A stretch of DNA of 62,656 nt, the filler included, from Choristocarpus tenellus KU-1152 (Eukaryota; Protista; Phaeophyceae): NCBI GenBank assembly GCA_964200185.2. It is 10 parts of 10 records of this genome, joined end to end, with 100 filler letters (N's around TTAATTAATTAA, not from the genome) between each part and the next. Parts side by side here need not be neighbours in the genome. Positions count along the whole stretch, not along the records: positions 42,901 to 48,834 come from CAXNAD020009374.1; positions 48,935 to 53,204 come from CAXNAD020015366.1; positions 53,305 to 62,656 come from CAXNAD020003755.1; 7 more parts are not named here. The stretch is one strand, 5' to 3'. A program made the translations under genes and the position numbers. This document shows positions 43,082 to 57,000 of the stretch, one piece after another (the first letter of the stretch is position 1; the number at the start of each line of letters is the position of its first letter). The notes under the pieces are model-generated. The model had not been told where the DNA came from. It did no database searches and saw only the letters and a program-made list of their open reading frames with translations.

Positions 43082-44022
43082 ATTAGAATATTGGAGTATA
43101 TATTGCGTCCCTCCTGACATCCTTCACTGAAAAAGAGTTGATCAATGGTCATTTGTGTAGGCTGAAAATATCAATATGTACTCTGATACACATTCTTGAG
43201 AGGTATGAGAGGTATGAGAGGTGTGCATATACACTGTAAAATATATTTTGTTGCGTGGTAATTGTATCAGTATCCGAATCAATACCAGTCCAGGCTGATC
43301 CATGGTAGGAATCATGTCAAACGAGATAAGATCATCACGGGTGACATTCCCAAGCATATTGTCCAGGGTAAGGAGGTGTGGGCAGTCCTAAGCAAGATGG
43401 TACGTCTTCACCCTCACCAGCCCAGAGGGTACTCCCCAAAGCGTGTATCTGTGCCCCCAACGTCATAGTTTCCCCACCTGTAAAGTATGCATTCAGAGCA
43501 TATATTGCACAAAAAAAAATTACCTTCCCAATTGTGTGCAAAGAAACCCCAGCTGCAGTGCACATTAGGTAGAAGTCGGGAGCCCACATGAAGGTTTGTA
43601 ACATTATTAAACATGGTGATTGCGTTGTGATGAAAAAGGGAGTTTCATACTCCAAAAGGAAACTTCAGCACCTACCTGCATTTTTTCTGTGCACCCTCCA
43701 CTATCCAATTCAGACGCACTATCGTCCAGAACATTACTGGCAACTACTGGTGGTATGAAGATGTGATGGTGGTATGGAAATATGCGAAATGTACAATGAA
43801 CGGTAAATGAACAAGGTCAACATAAACACTTGAAATATTACAATCACTGCTCCCTCTACCGCTGACATTAACTATATGGAAATATCATTGATAACACCTC
43901 CCAAACTTGTGACCATATCAACATCTAAGCGTGGCTTTGAGGTCAGTGCCTTTCGCCTCAATTGCTTGTCTAAGCAGACAGGTCAAAGACCTACCACAAT
44001 TCCCTCGACACAAAGTCCTGAG

Positions 44023-46846
44023 CTACCGTTTCTTCGTCCCATTCCCCCTCCCCCCTCCACTTGCTGTGCTCACGCGGTCTCCTGTTCCTCCTCGACTAGA
44101 TGAAACTGGACGCTGTGAGATATCGACCTCAGTTCCTGGCTTGAGTCCATCCGAGGGAGCGAGTGGGGGTCTGGTGGGGCACAAATCTTGAATGTCCTCC
44201 TCGGGCTCAAAGTCATCCTCATTGTACAAGCTGTCCATAGGGAGGTCCTGATAGTTCACAAGTTCATTGGGCAGGAGATGAAGGGGCTTGTGATGGGATT
44301 TTAGACAGATCATAGTGTGATAAACAAAAACAACCAGTGGTACAGTAACACTCTGAGCTACTCAGAAGAAAGACAGAGTAGTAGTCTGAATCAGTTGGTT
44401 TACTACTAAATCCGAGGATGTAGAATGAACCTTTTTGGGTGGCTATCTTGAATTATCCAACTTATTGCGTTCTAAATGTCTAGAGTGCCCCCAAAAAACT
44501 TTATTATGATGATACTGGCATGGAAGCAGATCAAAGCTTCTTGAATGCAATGCAGGAAACGACGTAGGATAAACTGGATGGAAAGCTGAGGGCGGGGTGC
44601 TGGAAACATTTCCTACTCACCTGTAAAGTCCCAAAAGGTATTAGTGTATCAGTGTCCAGATTGTTTCACTACAAACTGCACTAAAATTCATCAAATCAAG
44701 GTTTAACTAGTTGACACAGAATCCGCAAAGGAGTTTTATATTCATAAGGGCAGGAACCCAAGAAAACCCGATACAGAAAGTGTGTAGGTAGTAGTTCTTG
44801 TCTCTATTCACATTGAAGCATGCACAAGCTCGTCTCAAATGTTATTAACCGTCAAGAGAGAAGTTTCCCATGAACCTTTTGAACCAATCATAACTGACCA
44901 ACCAACCTTAATGGTATGGGCCCAGTCTGAAAGTGGTTGACTCTGCACTGGAATATCCACACCCTGCTTGCTCTCCTTCTCGTTAATAGGATCTATCCAA
45001 AGACTGCCACTGGTTATGGACTGGGCGTCCCCCTGATTGCTAGAGGCACAACTCCATCTTCCTTCTATTGGTGCAGGATCTAGAACCTCTGCCTTTGCAT
45101 TTCTTGAGTAGAGGGTATGCTGCTCTTGGATATTATTGGGTGCTACACCTGACCCCTCATGCCCCTTGCATTGCATCACTACCCCTGAACCAGCTTCCAG
45201 TTGTCCCTGGTCCTTCTTAGCTGATAGCTTCATCTCAGGGGTGTTGTGTACCACAATGGAAGGGGGAGCTGGCACGAGTAAAACTGGTTTCTTTTCACAC
45301 TCATTCCTAACGTGTGAGGCCCACTCTAGGGATGAAGAGCTCTTGGACCCGAAGAGGTCAGAAGCCATCTTCCAGCCCTCCTGCTATTTTTCCCCAGTCG
45401 TGAACAGTCAAGCATGTGGGTGGCACTGAGAATAGGCTGGGATTGAGTGAATAGTTGTGTCATCTTTGATGCCACTGTCGTCAAATAGAACCAAGTGATG
45501 AGGTGACAGTGGCATCAATGAGTGGTTGCGTCTCTCTCCACCTCTATTGCATAGGCGATTGTATGCACTTGGCTCCACTTTCCCCGCACCAGCCTATATC
45601 TTAGGAGGGGAGTATTCCAGCTTGTAAATGCTATATCATTACTTCAACTGCATTACTCTACTCATATTTTAGGAAAGGGGTTGCTTTTCAAGGATTTATC
45701 AGGTCCTCATTACTAGAGTTTGTCATTAATTTGCTAAAATGGAGTGGTCGGAGTTTTTTTAGCATTTCAAATGAGTGATGTCATCTAACAGGGAGTTGCC
45801 GTTGAGTTTTAAGGGTCCATACGTCTACCTTGTGGTATATGTATGTTGAGTACAGTGGTGGGAGCTTTCAGCTAGTACTGTGCCATTGGCTTAATCTACT
45901 TCTACAGTCACATCCTCTTAGGGGAGGCTAACTACGTTTTAGGCATGGGCATGGTGTATATTGCACAAAGTCCGAAAAGTCTTGAAGCTCAAAAGGATCA
46001 AAATCGGTCCCTCTCCTAGATATTTTCACTCAATACTCTGAGTGCAGAGATATTTGTACGTACTCCGTTCCTGTTACCACTGTAGATGTGAATGACTAAG
46101 TTACTCATAGTATGCTCATGGGATCCTAACAGCATAGTCAATTTATTGGTTCAGAAATAATACCTGCATTGTGCATAACGTATATCCGGCTGACAGCATT
46201 GCAGACCTCGTGATAGGCAATGCCACCACGAACGTCTCAGGCGAACCTTGGCCAAACCAGCCGGGCTTTGATCAATTCTTAATCGATAAGCAACCCAATA
46301 CATGCTTTCACCCAATGCTCAGAGCTACCTCTATTGACTATTTCTTTGTACGACTCTCCTCATAGGTATACACCCATTTTACCATGCTGTGGCATTCAAA
46401 GTGCGAAGCATGTGCTAGGAAGGAGATGAGGCCAGTGCACACTTATCCAGGCTCATACCTTCTGCTGGAACCCGCCACGCTCTGAGGAAGACAGCTGTGG
46501 TGAAGAGTATAATCGGGTGGTTAGCTGTCAATTTTTTCCTTGTTCTTCATCCCCTCCTTCATACTATTGCTCAATAGCATACAGGAACGTGGCAGCGTCT
46601 GTTGAACGACAGATCTTCAGGGAGCTATTGTTTGGTCCTAACCTATCCCTATCCCTATCCCTAACTCAACCCACCAAAGGTGCTAGGTCAGAGGACTTTC
46701 TTTCCAGCCCATACCTTCACCAGATCGCGGGAAAGGGGAGTGGAAACATCTCCTCTATGGAGAACTGCAATCCGTTCCCCGGCCTGTATGTGCCTCCCTC
46801 GGTGGTATCGATTGCTTGGGTGAACCATATATGGCGACACTGCTAC
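44023..46846 (-). pseudogene. Exon-like segments of an uncharacterised low-complexity protein gene, with stops
   Basis: AG/GT-bounded GC-richer segments at ~46846-46715, ~46265-46164, ~45593-44910 (contains TGA and TAG in the long frame) and ~44310-44023. No domain recognised. Confidence 0.3.
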
Positions 46847-48153
46847 CTGCAGGTAGAAAGGAAATGGAAGGCAATAAAATGCTGTGAGGGCGAAATGTTT
46901 AAACTCTAATGTATGCAGTACTTGATTGTTGATTGATCGATTGGATTGGTCTTTTCAACCTGCTAGAGTGAATATTGCTTCTGTCTATCATGCCGCAGAC
47001 TGCACGTTCCCTCAGTCCTGAGTGGGAGACTGCAGTGAAGTGTTTCAAAGAGTTCATCTCTAGAGTCCTCCCCAAACCTAAAACTCAGATATCTCCTTTA
47101 CATTTTCAACTACGATAGTGAGACCCTGCCCCCAGTCCTCCTACACTGCCCGTACCTTCATTAGTGCAAGCTCAGCGTTGCATTTCTTAATGAGGTGTTT
47201 GTGTCTCCCGTCCCTTATCCAGGGTGATGAAATAGTGCCTCTTGAGGAAGTAGTGACTAAGCTGTAGCTTTTCCCAACAAGGGAAGATGAACATAAATAT
47301 TCATCTTTACATGGGCTGGTGACACTGGGGAACCTTGTGTGGCAACAGGGAAGGTGGAATGGGGATGTTCAAGAATGCCTATCAGTGAGTGAGTGCAGCC
47401 TGATGAGGGGAAAAGAGGAGATTCTACTTTGCCACCGCTAAATTGGAGTAACTCCTTGCTTTGAGCAGGTATTTATCTTCATGAAAGGGCGGACATAAGG
47501 CAAGGTCAACCTTTTTGTTGATAACACAAGTACACACAGTCACCATGAAAAAGGGATATAGTTAACTACACAGAGGGAATGACAGAGTTTGATATAGCGT
47601 ACTAGCTATGATGCACATCGGTACTGAAGGTTGTGCCCTAAGTTGAAGTTCTTTTAGTTATCCTTGCCTCCTGCACACTCAGCAGACTTGTATTGGATGT
47701 TTTGCAATTAAAAATTGCTGCAAAGCATGTAGAGCATATTGTACTTGGGTGGATTTTTGACATAAACTACAGAGTTTGTATTGCACTTTTCCTAACTGTT
47801 GTCCTTCATAGGCATTCCTCTTAAGTTAGGATAAAGTACAGATTCTAATATGCAGGTAAGTGGACGCTTTGTGCAAAGGCTTGAAGTATCTTGGAGCTAT
47901 GGTCAACCTTTTTCAGTTGAAACACACATTGGAAGTAGTTGATGATGCAACACGCAAAGCTCTAGCGCGGAAAGAGAATTAATGATACCTTGCGCAGTAG
48001 TGGTAGTATATACAGTAGTGGTAAGATGGTGGTTGTAGAAGAGGTTGCAGAGGGGTGATCTCCAATTGGTTCGTTGCAAGGTATACAATATAATATTGAC
48101 CAAAATTTGTTTTTGTAATCAACAGAGAATCCAAATGACCAGAGAGCAACAGT

Positions 48154-48416
48154 AAGTCAAAGTAAACGAGAGATACCCAGGCTTTGGCCGTTTTGCATCT
48201 TTAAAACAACTTTTCAATCTATTGCAATTCACCCATGTTTCTGAGGATGAGGTGCAATGTTTGACTTGAGAGGTTCGACTTTTCTATTGTTTGAAACTTT
48301 TCGACATATTTTGGAAAATATCCTACAAGTATCTGTGAAAAAAAAGCCGACCTTTCCACATATTTATTTGCATCCTTATAAATGCAACTCTGGGTACCTC
48401 TCGTTTACTTTGACTC
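48154..48416 (+). mobile_element. MITE family C
   Basis: TIRs AAGTCAAAGTAAACGAGAGATACCCAG...CTGGGTACCTCTCGTTTACTTTGACTC; flanks AGT/AGT. Confidence 0.88.
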
Positions 48417-48813
48417 AGTTTATTGGCACCCAGGAAATCCTGAGTTAACTAGTCCGGTATAGCAAACTGTAGATGGGTGTAGGTTCTAGTAACACTCATG
48501 TTCTAACACTATTGTTCCTACTGATTTTGTATTGATCGGTAAATGTAGAACGATCCTGAGGAGCTACAAAGTTCTACATTGATAGGGACTGCTTGACCTG
48601 AGCTTATCTTAGGCTCACTCTGTCACACGCCAAATCGCACTAACATTGAATCGGCTTAGTCAAGTAGTCTCTACCACCTCAGACATATTTCATCCTTCCC
48701 TACCAATGCAGTCAAGATAGCTTGTGGGGTGCTCACTTCACAGTGTGGGATACCCCAGATGTGAGTATATGAAAGGCAAGGTGCATGAACCGTCTGCTTG
48801 CTTTATACCTTAT

Positions 48814-49002
48814 GGGTCAAAGTATCTTGGGGGGNNNNNNNNNNNNNNNNNNNNNNNNNNNNNNNNNNNNNNNNNNNNTTAATTAATTAANNNNNNNNNN
48901 NNNNNNNNNNNNNNNNNNNNNNNNNNNNNNNNNNTTTTCCTGATTTTGGTCCAAATGGACACCCTGGTGTAGACCCCCCCCCCCTCCCAGATACTTTGGG
49001 TC
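48814..49002 (-). mobile_element. Family B MITE ends on both sides of a spacer (48814-48834 and 48935-49002)
   Basis: GGGTCAAAGTATCTTGGGGGG before the gap; GTCCAAATGGACACCCTGGTGTAGACCCC...CCCAGATACTTTGGGTC after it. Confidence 0.8.
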
Positions 49003-49292
49003 AGGTTGGGGGTTGGTGTTGGGGGAGAAGGATTTTTGAGGCTGATCTTGATATCATCAGAGGAATTGCACCAGTTGAAGCACTCCACTACAATTATGTC
49101 ACGACAGAAGGAGATTATTTCCAAATAACATTTTCTTTGATACAACATTAGGAACCGTAGAGCTCTGTTGCATTTTCAATTAGCACTCATTGTTGCATTT
49201 TTTGTGTAAGATCCTTCTAGGGCAAAGACTAACAAAAACGATTAGATTTTTGCATCATTTGAAAAGGTTAACCACATCTCGGCCCTGCCCAG

Positions 49293-52200
49293 TGTGATCG
49301 TGTGTCCCATTTGAAGCGTAGGCGTGACTCCCTAAATGCACAATTGAAGGAAATTAAAGACCAGGAGACTCAAGAAGAAAATATGCTCGGCGAGCTTGAG
49401 GATCAGAGGGCCACTACCAGGGACCAGGCATCCAAGATTGGGTTCGTTGTGAAGTTATGGATCGGTTGGGGAAGGACCCCAGGAAGAGCAGTAGACTTGG
49501 TTTAGGCATTGCTCCTCCTTTCATAGGACTCATCAAAAAGACTTGGTGATGCGCTGCTAGACCTTCTTTCTTTGTATTTAATGAATATGCTATAGGCAAC
49601 GGATACATCTGGAGAAAGAGTGGCTGACAGTACAACCAAGATGTATTACCGTAGTTTGACTGAGAAATTATGTTTACTAGCCGACGATTGATGGTAAGAA
49701 CAGAGGAACAGCGTGCACAAAACAGTGAGTTTAAAAGTACTTTGTGAGAAAAAGGAGATGAAGTACTTCTTAATATACGTGGCCCCTAACATCGCTCCCC
49801 AACCTCTGAATGACTAAAAAAGTTGCTGAATCCCTGCACGGAAAAATATTTTCGGCTCGTACATCGATTCCCAACCTCCAATTGATGTAAAAACCTACCC
49901 TTGCACAGGGAACTGTTGAAGACGCAGCGCACCAGGCTTAAAGATGCTCGATGTGCCGTACACCTGCTCTCCTCCAAGCAAGGCCAACATAGAAGAAAAA
50001 ATGCAACCTCAGACCAAACTTTGGGTGATGTGGACAAAGAGAACGAGGTGAGGCTGCCACAGCCCATTGAACTGGACAAGAGACACCATAATGTTTGTTT
50101 CATCGTGAGTAACGAGTAAAGCTTGAACATCAAGTGTGCTGGGCAAGAAATTGGGATATGTTTTCCAGGTTGTAGGTGGCAAGGAAGCACGACGTCAGAA
50201 TGTTATTGAAATACTTTTGGGTATACACGAGCGAAGGATTGAAAGGAATGGTCGCCGTATATGTTCTTGAGGAAGTCATTCAGCCAAACTACACTAATAA
50301 AGTAAATTGATACTGCAGTATGGTAATCAGAAATGAATAAGGTTTAGAGATCATATGTACATACTTGTTCCTATGATACCACATTCACTTACTTGTGTGT
50401 CTTTCCATGACTTCTACATTGAAGCATAGGCCCGAACAAGTGCAAACAAATAACATTCCACCCAGAACCAGCTGTCTTGCTGCACTTCCTCGCTTGCCCA
50501 TTTGTCATGCACACCTCTGATCACTATGATATTACCACTCTTGTGGACATTACCACCACAATCTTTACATCACACCCAGCGACACCAGTGCTTTAATTTT
50601 TTGGCATCAAGCCAAGAACTACGCAGTTTTGTCAACACCCTTGGGTGAGGACCGCCATTTGAGGTTAACAAATCGTGTAAGACCTCGGGGTACACCTTCA
50701 AAGCTTTTCTTTCAAAATCTCCAAACAGATATCACATACTTGTACTGAGTACTACGCAGTAGGTTAGCAGAGATATACTATATAAAGTAAAGACCAAGAA
50801 ATGACATGTGGTACTGTTATTGTCAGTTGCCAACGCCAAAACCCACCACCACACCTCCTCTTGAGTGCAACAGAAGACACCTGAAGAATGGCACAAAACC
50901 CTCATCAGTGAGGCTCATGACCTGTCAGCAAAGGAGAAGGTTTGTGGGGGGGGAAAGTGGTTTATTTACTGATGTATGGCACATTATACATGCATTCCCA
51001 CTATATACTGTGCAAGTAGAAACCTTGTTGTTACACACTAACTCCTTGTTTCTGATTTCCACTCAGAATTATTGGAAATGCACTAATTTTGTTGCTTTCA
51101 AGTACTGACTGCGTATCATGCTGAAAAATCACACAGAATAACAAAAAACAACTTCTATTTGTTGTTTAGATGGGGAATTGCCAAAGATCATAACCTTTGA
51201 GTCAAAGTATTTTAGAAGGTAGAGCCGCGTCCATTTGGGGGTCAAAATCCAATTTTGCGATTTTGATGTAATTTTGGTTATTGTGTTTGCTAGGAAGTGC
51301 CAATATCTATGTTTCGGACACACCTTTTTTGCATAAAATATACATTTTACCTACTCCTAAACATTTTGCAGTAGGAAAATGTCTTTAAAAAGACATGGGA
51401 AGTCAAGCCTGAAATGGACAAACAGGGTAAAACTCGTACCCTCTAAGATACTTTCATTCTTTTGTTGTTTCATATGCGATCATTCTGTGGGTGCCGGCGG
51501 GAGTGGATTACACAAACTGTATGTTGTTGCTAAGAATGTGGCTATGCGTGGTATAGACAAGGTGGGTAGTGCTGCTACCGCCAACCGGAGTCAGTTTGTC
51601 ACTCCCTATTATACATATGTCACCTGTCTGTGACCACAATAATCTTTGATGTATATAATACATTTAATACTTGAAGCGCTATGACATTACATATAGGACA
51701 AAGTGATATACTACACATTTTGATCATATTATCGCTGTGTCTATACCTGGTTGGTTGAATGGTTAATTTTCCATCAGCAATCACAATGAAAGGGAATGGG
51801 AAGAATTGAGGTAGTAAACAATGAGCAAAATAGGGCAGCGTCACTTTAAAATGTACTTTGAAGTACATTTACGGAGAATATCCCACTCACAGTACCCCAA
51901 CGATATTCACCACTTCTATGTGCGTACCTCCTGGTAGTGTAAATACAAGAGATAGATCGTTGCTCATTGTTTGCAAAGATTTCTTGATCAGCTTCGATGT
52001 TTTCCTGAAATACAATAATTCCAACTGTTTTATGGAGTTCCAAGGCAAATTATTTTTGTTATCAAATTTGGGGCTGAATTGCAAGTGATCTATATCAATC
52101 TCCTGCATTGTTAGTGTCAAAATAGCATCAAGATTGAATTGACGAGCGTTTATGATATCCTACATTTCTCCACTACTGGAAAAGTGTGAAGCGATCAAGA

Positions 52201-52606
52201 ATGGTGGTGTCCGCAGGAGAAGCTCTACAACCCTGAAGTCTTGTGTTACTGTGTTTGCGCTATTGATGCTACCAACACTAATTTATTTATTACTATCTCC
52301 TCTTTTTGACCAAGGATATGCTTTGTCAGCCATGATATCATTATTCAACAAGTCCATGAACCTTCTTCTCTGCAGTCATTATGCTCTGAGCTGAAAGGAC
52401 TCCATCACCGTCAAGGGCAGGGCCTTGGCGTTGTTCCAAATGGAGTGGACGACCTTACAGTCCGGCAGCGTCAGGCCAAGGTGGGACTATTGAAGGGGCA
52501 TGTGGAGAGTGTCCAAATGGCCATTGGACAGCTGGAAGCAGGGGTGGCGGCGTGTGAGGGTGAGCTCTGGAGGTTGGACAACGCCACAGTACTCATGATG
52601 ACTTGA
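49293..52606 (+). CDS. Uncharacterised coiled-coil protein, 3' exons
   Basis: Phase-compatible open exons 49293-49441 (HLKRRRDSLNAQLKEIKDQE), 49909-50047, 50874-50939 (KTPEEWHKTLISEAHDLSAKEK) and 52376-52606 ending in TGA; heptad-like composition. Confidence 0.55.
51199..51459 (-). mobile_element. MITE family A, full length, intronic
   Basis: GAGTCAAAGTATTTTAGA...CTCTAAGATACTTTCATTC; flanks CTTT/TTTT. Confidence 0.92.
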
Positions 52607-53086
52607 ATATCTGCCTATAACATCATAACTGTGGGTATTTTAGTGTGCATAATTGAGAAATGTTTTGCTTTGTTCACAAAAAAGTTATCCTATCCCAACA
52701 TTTGGGTGGTGCAACATTGGTCTGTTTGTTGCACAAATCCGGGGTGTCCATTCAGAGCTGTAGCTAGATGAACTTTGAAAGACATTATAGCGTAACTACA
52801 ATCATCATTCGCCATCCAGAATACAAAGCAAGTACATGCCCTGAACTGATGAAATGTAACTATTCCTTGAGCACTGAAAGAGTTGTTTTGCTAGAAATTT
52901 AAGGAGTGCTTTATGAAAGATGGGATGCTAGTTACAAGGACCAAGTGAGTCACTGAAGTGCAAGATCTTTGGATGAGGGACTGTGTGACCATTTTAATCC
53001 AGGACGAGCACTATGCTCCACGATAAGGTGAATCAGGCTATAAAAGCTCTAAGGTCAGAGTAATGTACACCTCTTGTAGTGCATGC

Positions 53087-53204
53087 GAGTGAAAGTATCT
53101 TAGAGGGTACGAGTTTCTCCCTGCTTGTCCATTTGGGCCTTGGCTTCCCACGGGTTTTAAGGACATTCTACGTACTCCAAAATGTTTCGGAGTAGGTAAA
53201 ATGC
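53087..53204 (+). mobile_element. MITE family A, left half at contig end
   Basis: Starts GAGTGAAAGTATCTTAGAGGGTACGAG. Confidence 0.9.
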
Positions 53205-53304
53205 NNNNNNNNNNNNNNNNNNNNNNNNNNNNNNNNNNNNNNNNNNNNTTAATTAATTAANNNNNNNNNNNNNNNNNNNNNNNNNNNNNNNNNNNNNNNN
53301 NNNN

Positions 53305-53407
53305 GACGCTTTCTAACAAACACGATAGCCAAAATTACATCAGAATCGCAACATTGGATTTTGGCCCCCAAATGGACACAGCTCTACCCTCTAAGATACT
53401 TTGGCTC
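53305..53407 (+). mobile_element. MITE family A, right half at contig start
   Basis: Ends CTACCCTCTAAGATACTTTGGCTC. Confidence 0.9.
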
Positions 53408-54099
53408 GACTTGTGTTTGCCAAATTTCATACACATGCATCCGTCCGGGAACTTGCTGTCACAACGCCATGCCAGAAGGGGTTTTTTGCCACCACCCGTT
53501 TTGCATCATGGAACCAGTTGGTAATTCCAAGTACAGCACGTCGTTCTAGCCACCATCTAAGGTGAAAATTCTTTCTGCCAAAGACATTGAGGATATCAAA
53601 TTCTTTGAGGCAGATAAAGGAGGGGAGACAAGGCGCCACTGTGTATGATTAAAGGACTTTTTTTTGTCCTGTCCTAGTTCATGGTATCCTACCCAGTTGT
53701 GAACAAACCTGTGTTTGATAGGTTGTCACTCAAATAGGCTAACTAGTGATCCGCTCTTGAGCAATAAATGTCTCGGTCACGCTTCTCTAATATTCCATTG
53801 TTTCCTACCAGTAGTGAGCGATGTTGCGACAAATTGCCCCTCAGATAGGCTAAGTAAAGCAAGGCATGGGCAACACCTGCCTACACCAGATCTTTACTTC
53901 TTTGGGATCCGACCCAGAAGTGGACAACCAAGTTGTTCACCAAATCGACTACTTGATGATGCATTTGAACACTGTCTCAATCACATCATTCTAACAATTC
54001 TTTGGGCTCCAACCCTGCAGTAATAAAAACTACAAAGGTTAATCACTCAAATTGACCAAATTACAATCCACTGCCTCAGACTCATTTTGTTAATGCAAT

Positions 54100-57000
54100 A
54101 ACATCCTCAGCAGTGAAGCATTCTTCCAAATTTATTGGAACAGTGGGTGAAGACTTTGTAGCATCTCGTGTGTGTTGCACCAAGTCAGTGTGTTGGCATA
54201 CATCTGCAATTCAACATTACCCTCAACACCCTTGTACCTTGCAGGATTCATCTCGTTGAGTATCGATTCCTGGAAAAATAGATGATGATTCAGTTTCACA
54301 CATCACAGTTGATACCGCAACTGGCATTCTGGTCATTAGCTATCGTTAAATGCAAGCTCATCCCACCCTTTGTTCTGCTCATATCAGTTCTATATCAGAT
54401 GGTGCCTTTGCAAGTACATGACTTTATTCAATTTCAATTGACCTTGGGAAATATAACATTACCTGTTCAAGCAGTTGTTCTACCATCCTTAGGTATTGAT
54501 GAAATACTTTTGGACAACAGTATCATGGCTGCTTTTGGAGCGAAGTTGGATTGGGATAGAGAAGAAATATCATTTTCTGGGAGCACAGTTTGTATTCTAG
54601 CCACTCATAACATTTCTCCTATACCCATTGTTAATCGATCAACCATCAGTCAAAATAATGCTCAAACCTTTGCAACAAACATGGCAGTGGCTACAGTTTC
54701 AACTGAGTTCACCATACCTGTACATGTAAGACATAAAACACATTTACCCCCGGGAACCGAAACTGTTGTTTCATTGTGTTCTCAGGCCTTACCTGGATCA
54801 GCCAAAGATGCTGTAGTGGAGTCCATTGTCAAGATGACCCTGGACTTCATCAACCAGGAACAACACCACTCTCCATGGAAAGATATCATGGTTAGTCGGT
54901 CTTTAACTGTTTGGGAAGAGGATGGATGTTGCCTAGTCAAAATTGCCAACCCTTCCAACCATGGTGTTAAGATACCTCCTCAATTTGTTGTAGGTCATAT
55001 AGCACCAGTGGATCAAATTCACACCCTTTCTGAAGCACAGACCAGTACCATAGCGGCTACCCCGAACACTCCAGAGGAGCTTAAACAAGCCCGTGATGAG
55101 TCAAGAGAAGTTTTCGGTAAAAGAGTCCTGTTAGATACAGTATTATCTGATAAGGAACAAGAAGAACTATTTGACCTTGATGCCAAATATCAACCCGTAT
55201 TTTCTCTCACTTCTGAGGAACTAGACTGTTGCAATGATAACCAGGTACAGTTCCTGTGAATCGTCCACCATATTGAACCGCACCCAAAATACGTGAAGCA
55301 ATACGTAGTTGTGTGGAGGACATGGAAAATCAGGGAATAATTCAACCTTCCTCAAGTCCTTGGGCGTCACCAGTAACCATGGTTACAAAATCTGATGGGT
55401 CTCTTCGATTCTGTGTAGACTTTAGGCTCTCATTGAACAAAAATTTGGTACGTAATTCCAGGCCGTTACCATCTATGGAAGATTGTTTGGGTACACTAGA
55501 GGGAGCAAAATACCTGTCGCATCTCGATGTTCGGTCAGCCTACTGGCAACTACCCATCACTGACGCTAACGAACGCCAAAAAACTGCCTTTGTCACACTG
55601 GATGGAAAATTTGAATTCAAAATGTTACCCTTTGGTGTTGCTAATGCACCATGGATATGTCAACGCTTCATGTCTGAAACATTTTCAATGCTAGGACCGA
55701 GTATGGGCTTACTGATTTATCTTGACGATATTGTACTAGCCTCCCCAATGTGGAACCATCATATTCAACTTCTTGAGAGCGTATTGTCGTTACTGCAGCA
55801 AGTAGGAGTCACTCTCAAACCCTCTAAAGCCCAATTTGGCTCAAAATCAATTCATTATTTGGGATATGAAGTCAGCCCCAGTGGTATTGCCGTGTCACCA
55901 GATCGAATCCAGGCTATTACCGATTTGAAAGCGCCTAAATCTGTGAAGGAATTTATTACAATCCTTTCTAGGTTCCATGAACTTTGTTAGGAAATATAAT
56001 CCCCATTTGGCTACAATAACCGAGCCCCTAGTGTCACTTACAATGAAAAGTACGAAAGAGTCTAGAAAGGACAAAATCCTATCTCAACTACGGGGACGAG
56101 TACGACAAAATTCTTTTAATGAGTGTAAACGTCTATCAACCATGAGGCCAGTTTTCCAGATTTTACTTGAGAGTTCTTTATTCATGTGGACGCTAGTGAT
56201 GTTGGCATGGGAGCTTTCTTGGCACATGAAAATGAGGACGATAGTTTCCAAATTGTAGCCTACCATAGTGCTCTTTTTAAGCCAACCCAAAGACGGTATT
56301 CAGCGACTCAGAAAGAATGTCTGGCCGTCACTCTTGCCATCACACATTGGTGCCCATATATCTGGGGAAAGCACTTTACAGTTGTAAGTGATCATTCAGC
56401 ATTATGCCGGTTGCATACAATGCAAGATACTTCCAATATGTTGACCAGGTGGGCCTTAGCCTTAAAAGCTTTTGACTTCACAGTTTTACATAAGCTGGGA
56501 CATTTACACTGCATTCCAGATATGTTATCCCGGACACGATTGGAGGGATTTATGTTGGATGAAACACCACTTCCACTAGCCCCACTGTGCCGTAATATAG
56601 GCCAAACAGAATCGGATGTCTCCACACACAAGGTTTACCCTGCATGTGATCTGTCAGTGGATAAACTAGGTGAAATTACCAGAGTACAAAATGATACGGA
56701 GCTATTCACTAGCACTGCTAATATTTTCCCAACAGTGGATCCTGAAGTACTAGTCACAGCTCAACAAGCTCAATATGGAGACTATTTCAAATATTTGGCT
56801 AGTCCAGAAAAATCCTCTTACAAAAAAACGAAACAATGTATACTGTGTCTTACTTTTTCACACAAGAAATGGAAGGCAAACAGATGTCATACAAATCGTA
56901 TCAACCTGGTCACCTTCGAAAAAACGATAAATTCCGAGATCGATTAGTGGTACCTACTGAGATAAAAGGTTTAATACTTCATGCCATACATGATCATAAA

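Noticed and set aside
53087-53407. One MITE spanning the spacer, implying true adjacency of the contigs
   Set aside because: The outer flanks ATGC and GACT do not form a TSD, so these are probably halves of different copies.
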